DNA of 64,000 nucleotides from an uncultured Candidatus Binatia bacterium (GTDB lineage Bacteria; Desulfobacterota; Binatia; Bin18): NCBI GenBank assembly GCA_965214605.1, contig OZ243961.1, positions 2,912,001 to 2,976,000 of the forward strand, read 5' to 3'. Shown piece by piece: positions 61,422 to 64,000 of this stretch (position 1 is its first letter; each line of letters starts with the position of its first letter). The notes under the pieces were generated by a model. It saw only the letters and a program-made list of their open reading frames with translations, ran no database searches and was not told where the DNA came from. The position numbers and the translations under genes were made by a program.

Positions 61422-61898
61422 ATGAGTATGATCCGAGGCATTCACCACACCGCGATCTCAATCGAAGACATGGAACGTTCACTGCGGTTCTACAAGGACC
61501 TGCTCGGGTTTGAGGAGGTCTTCAATTTTGCCTGGCAGGCTGGCAACACCGTGGTCGATAACATTACCGGCCTACGCGACTCGGCCGCCCAGGTGGTGAT
61601 GCTGCGGGCCGGCAACGCGTGTGTTGAGCTGTTTCAGTACGCCGCCCCAAGCCCTAAGCCGGGCGATCCGAACCGTCCGGTGTGCGATCACGGCATCACC
61701 CATCTGTGTCTGGAGGTGAGCGATATTGATGCCGAGTATGCGCGCCTAAAAGCGGCCGGGATGCGCTTTCACTGTCCTCCGCAGGGGGCCGGGAATGGGC
61801 TACGGGCGACGTATGGACGTGACCCGGACGGAAACGTTGTCGAACTGCTCGAAGTCACCGATCCTGACAGCCGGGTATCGGTGGTCAGCGCTCAGTAG
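61422..61898 (+). CDS. VOC family (glyoxalase/methylmalonyl-CoA epimerase-like) protein
   Basis: IHHTAIS..DMERSLRFY..LLG, ELFQY, HLCLEV.DID, RDPDGNVVELLE. Confidence 0.9.
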   Translation: MSMIRGIHHTAISIEDMERSLRFYKDLLGFEEVFNFAWQAGNTVVDNITGLRDSAAQVVMLRAGNACVELFQYAAPSPKPGDPNRPVCDHGITHLCLEVSDIDAEYARLKAAGMRFHCPPQGAGNGLRATYGRDPDGNVVELLEVTDPDSRVSVVSAQ

Positions 61899-62715
61899 GC
61901 AGCACACTCGACCCGAGGCACCATGGGACGGCGTGTGAGGACCCCGAGCGTGCGTTGCCTGCCCCGCACTGCAGATCCTCAACCCGCCCTTGTCATGTTG
62001 ACTGAGACTTGGGGGAGTCGGGCACGGACCTCCGGTGGATGAGTGAGAAACGGGCCGGTCTTCAGGGCTATTGGACGGGCAGTCACTGCGTTTCTCAGGT
62101 CGCGGGTTTGGCCGCAGCATTGTCCGTCTGTCGGACGGAGAGCAGGGGACCGGCAGGCTAGCATTGTGTGCCGTAGCCGCATGTCAGGATGCTAGTCTGT
62201 CCGCTCCATGATTTTTGATGCGCCCCGAGCCGATAGCGGGTTTGCGTGGCGACTATGCTTGTGCCCAGGAGTGGTTTGAAGACCATCCTGTCTCTTTCCA
62301 TCATTGCCCACGAAGTCTACCGGGATGAGCGATATCTTCGCAAAAAATTAGCCAGATCGAAGCCCTGGGTGGACAGAGATTGCTCTTATGGTCAGCCCGA
62401 AGTCTGTCCATCGTGTCGGGTGCACGGAGACGCTCCTCAAAGTTAAAACCTTTCCAGAGGCCGTTGTCTTTAGGACACCTGCCCGGCTTCGGGACAATCT
62501 GGGTTACGCGGTTCGCCGTTGGAGCCGACTTTTCCAATGCCTAGCGGAAGAATCCGCCGCCGGTGGATACTCCTGTTCATTTGAAGCACCACCAAAACCG
62601 GGCAGTTCGCCGCGTGTCTTCGTTCCAGGCACAATTTTGAGACAGCCCCAAGAGTGATATAAGGACCGGAGGCGATGCAGACCGACGCAACCGGACAGAA
62701 TAAGGAGTGCACACC

Positions 62716-63189
62716 ATGGCGACGTTTCTCCCCGACCTTGGAGATGAAGTGTTTTTACCCGATCGGCAGCGCGTCACGCTGGGCGGCGCGTATCGCGTTG
62801 AAGGTCCTGATAGCGGTAGAATTGTTGAAATTTCGCTGGGTATGGATCTGGTGTGTGTGGTCTGGGATAAGGCCCGGTTGCGCGGCTGGTATGAAGTTGA
62901 GGCTTTATGCAAGGCGGCCGAGATTCGCGGCTCCGACCGTAAGGAGGATGAGACACGGGACAAAAAACGCCCCGGCATCCTGACTGAGGCCGAAATGCTG
63001 CGGATGCCCTCAATTCAGCAGTTGTTAAGCCGTTTGGGATTTATGGAGAATCAGGAGCAGGCCTGTATGTATAACCCTGAGACCTACGACGCGATTGCCT
63101 TCTCCCAGATTGCCGGCCGCTCACTCGCCGAGTTTGTCAGGTGCGGCAGAGAGGCGGGCTGGCTGCAGGAATACGTGAAGGAGGGATAA
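62716..63189 (+). CDS. Hypothetical protein
   Basis: RBS TAAGGAG; SH3-like beta-rich N-terminal part; converges with the DUF309 gene. Confidence 0.65.
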   Translation: MATFLPDLGDEVFLPDRQRVTLGGAYRVEGPDSGRIVEISLGMDLVCVVWDKARLRGWYEVEALCKAAEIRGSDRKEDETRDKKRPGILTEAEMLRMPSIQQLLSRLGFMENQEQACMYNPETYDAIAFSQIAGRSLAEFVRCGREAGWLQEYVKEG

Positions 63190-63190
63190 G

Positions 63191-63931
63191 TCAGTCCTGA
63201 CCGTTTGTCTGTCGGAGAACCTGGAGGCTTGGGATATGATCGGCGTGAAACTGCCCCAGCCCACGCGCGCCGAGCCGCCGAATCTCCTCACCACACCGCT
63301 CTAGCCCGGCAATGAAATTGCGCAGCTCCAGCCCTAGATAGGCTGGGGCGTGTGGCCTGATCTTGTCCAGGCCGTCGTCTAAAAGCGATACTGTACCGCC
63401 GAAATTTTGGTTGCCCAGGTGATAAAACGCCACCGCAATCTGAATCAGCCCCTGCAGGAAGCGCCGCTCGGGATCGACCTCTTGGACCCATTGGCCTTCT
63501 AACACTTCGTGCACCTCAAAAAAGAGCCGATGGTTAAAGAGCAGCGCCCCCTTGCCTAGAGCCAGATCAAGCGCGGGGAGCTCTGGCCGGGGCTGCCAGC
63601 CTTCAAGGGCTTGCTCGTACTGCCGCAGCATGGCGGCGACCTGGCGACAGTCCGGTCTGAAGTCCGGGGCTAGTGCGACCTGCCAGACCGGACCTCGTTG
63701 ACTCCAGCTCAACAGGGCGTGGCCTTCCAGGTAGTGCCGAACCTGCTCTCGCTCAGCCGCCAGAGCGGGAACGAGGAGCTGGCCGGGGCTCACCACTGGC
63801 GGTGTGTGCCGTATGGTCCGGGCGTAGGCGGCCAGACAGCGGACCGCGGTGGCGACGGTTGGGCTGGCCAGCGCGTCAAGAAGCAGCTCGGCCAGCAGGT
63901 TTCGGGTTGCCAGGGGAAGCGGCATCGTCAT
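63191..63931 (-). CDS. DUF309 domain protein with N-terminal extension
   Basis: LFNHRLFFEVHEVLE..W...ERRFLQGLIQIAVAFYHL..QN..G. Confidence 0.85.
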   Translation of the reverse strand: MTMPLPLATRNLLAELLLDALASPTVATAVRCLAAYARTIRHTPPVVSPGQLLVPALAAEREQVRHYLEGHALLSWSQRGPVWQVALAPDFRPDCRQVAAMLRQYEQALEGWQPRPELPALDLALGKGALLFNHRLFFEVHEVLEGQWVQEVDPERRFLQGLIQIAVAFYHLGNQNFGGTVSLLDDGLDKIRPHAPAYLGLELRNFIAGLERCGEEIRRLGARGLGQFHADHIPSLQVLRQTNGQD

Positions 63932-64000
63932 CAGCCCACCAGATTGACAATCGTCGCTCCACCGCCGCCCTCGTTCTGCGGGGCTTCGTTATACGAGGCG

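Noticed and set aside
61900-62700. 800-bp gap with a few hairpins and short ORFs
   Set aside because: Only isolated imperfect stems (e.g. ggcaggctagcat/atgctagtctgtc near 62151-62200); no repeats, TIRs or family motifs.

Overview
GC-rich bacterial chromosomal window. The gene content (DUF1800/DUF1501, many CaiB CoA-transferases, LLMs, P450, Rieske oxygenase, HEAT/TPR/FN3-type proteins, IS1595) is compatible with a Binatia/Deltaproteobacteria-like and possibly host-associated organism, but this is inference only. Most of the window is catabolic and housekeeping genes. Two regions are accessory and decaying. (i) About 24.2-33.85 kb is a defence-island-like segment. It holds a serine-recombinase pseudogene overlapping the Rieske gene tail, a back-to-back fusion scar of a SAVED-domain gene and a CapW-like WYL gene (probable collapsed CBASS-type locus), and a secreted NucA-type nuclease split by a 1979-bp IS1595 element with 26-bp TIRs, an 8-bp TSD and passenger genes. 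It also holds a truncated SNF2 helicase and an intact two-gene module encoding a predicted ADP-ribosyltransferase plus a small acidic partner, the best candidate here for an undescribed toxin-antitoxin/defence system. (ii) About 46.3-56 kb is a surface-polysaccharide cluster with pseudogenes and an O-antigen ligase/polymerase-like protein carrying what looks like a circularly permuted fibronectin-III insert. No rRNA, tRNA or CRISPR array was recognised. All calls come from reading motifs by eye; no database searches were run.
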